A DNA stretch of 25,780 nucleotides from a virus (taxonomy: Duplodnaviria; Caudoviricetes). Below, one piece after another: positions 25,223-25,780 of this stretch (positions within the stretch are counted from its first letter, which is position 1; each line of letters opens with the position of its first letter). A program made the position numbers and the translations under genes. The notes below the pieces were generated by a model that saw nothing but the letters and a program-made list of their open reading frames with translations, was not told the DNA's origin and made no database searches. The stretch is from IMG/VR virus record IMGVR_UViG_3300045093_000058, positions 1 through 25,780 of that record; one strand, 5' to 3'.

Positions 25223-25780
25223 ATGGTCAAGGGAACAGACAGGCTCAATCAATTCAGGCCGACGGTCATCCGGGTGGAGTGCCTGCGGTGTAAGCGGATG
25301 GGCGAAATGCAGACCCATCCGGCCCGCCAAAAGCACGGCAATATCACGCTCGACGAATTTGCGCGCCGGGTGGCCAAGAGCGGGGGGTGCTCCCTGGCGG
25401 CCGAGGGCGACAACGTGTGCAGCGCTCGCGTGGTCGAGCCGTCGTTCGATTCCTGGGCGCGGTTACACGAAGCGCTCGAGGATGGCTGGTCGGCTACGCT
25501 TTACTGCCAGCGCCGCTATTACGCCCTCAAACGGGTTCAGGCTTGCCCGGCGACGCCATTGGACGTCGAGACGCTGGTGGCTGCACTAGGCTCTGAGTAC
25601 CGCTTGGACCGGCTGGAATTAAAGGCTCGATGCCCGCAGTGCGGGACGGATGGAGCGAAGATTCACTGGCATGAGCCGGCCCCAGCGCCCGATCCGGGCG
25701 GCACGGCCGAGCGAGCGCCGGTGCTGCAGCTCCGCGAGACAAAGGCGGTGCTGGGGCGGAAGCGGTTTCGAGTGATCTGA
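25223..25780 (+). CDS. Hypothetical Cys-rich protein, probably two zinc-binding modules
   Basis: VECLRCKR, further Cys residues and RCPQCG; 185 aa. Confidence 0.7.
   Translation: MVKGTDRLNQFRPTVIRVECLRCKRMGEMQTHPARQKHGNITLDEFARRVAKSGGCSLAAEGDNVCSARVVEPSFDSWARLHEALEDGWSATLYCQRRYYALKRVQACPATPLDVETLVAALGSEYRLDRLELKARCPQCGTDGAKIHWHEPAPAPDPGGTAERAPVLQLRETKAVLGRKRFRVI

Overview
This window is the late (structural and lysis) region of a lambda-like siphovirus prophage. The host is probably alphaproteobacterial, inferred from a GTTC-N7-GTTC LexA box. Gene order on +: terminase C-terminus, gpW, portal, S49 protease with nested scaffold, decoration protein, capsid, head-tail genes, tail tube, frameshifted tail chaperones, tape measure, tail tip, tail fibre, fibre chaperones, GH19 endolysin, spanins; a small SOS-boxed divergent locus follows. 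The standout is an apparent tail-fibre shufflon at 18299-21937. One expressed fibre gene is followed by five start-less alternative C-terminal cassettes, two on + and three on -. All six tips begin in the same frame with the site GCTCTCACGACTCT(GACG). No recombinase is recognisable in the window. The centre of the array is a 216-bp non-coding spacer with mirror-image pairs of GTGGCAC heptamers and roughly phased A-tracts. Product calls come from motif recognition and synteny only; no searches were run.
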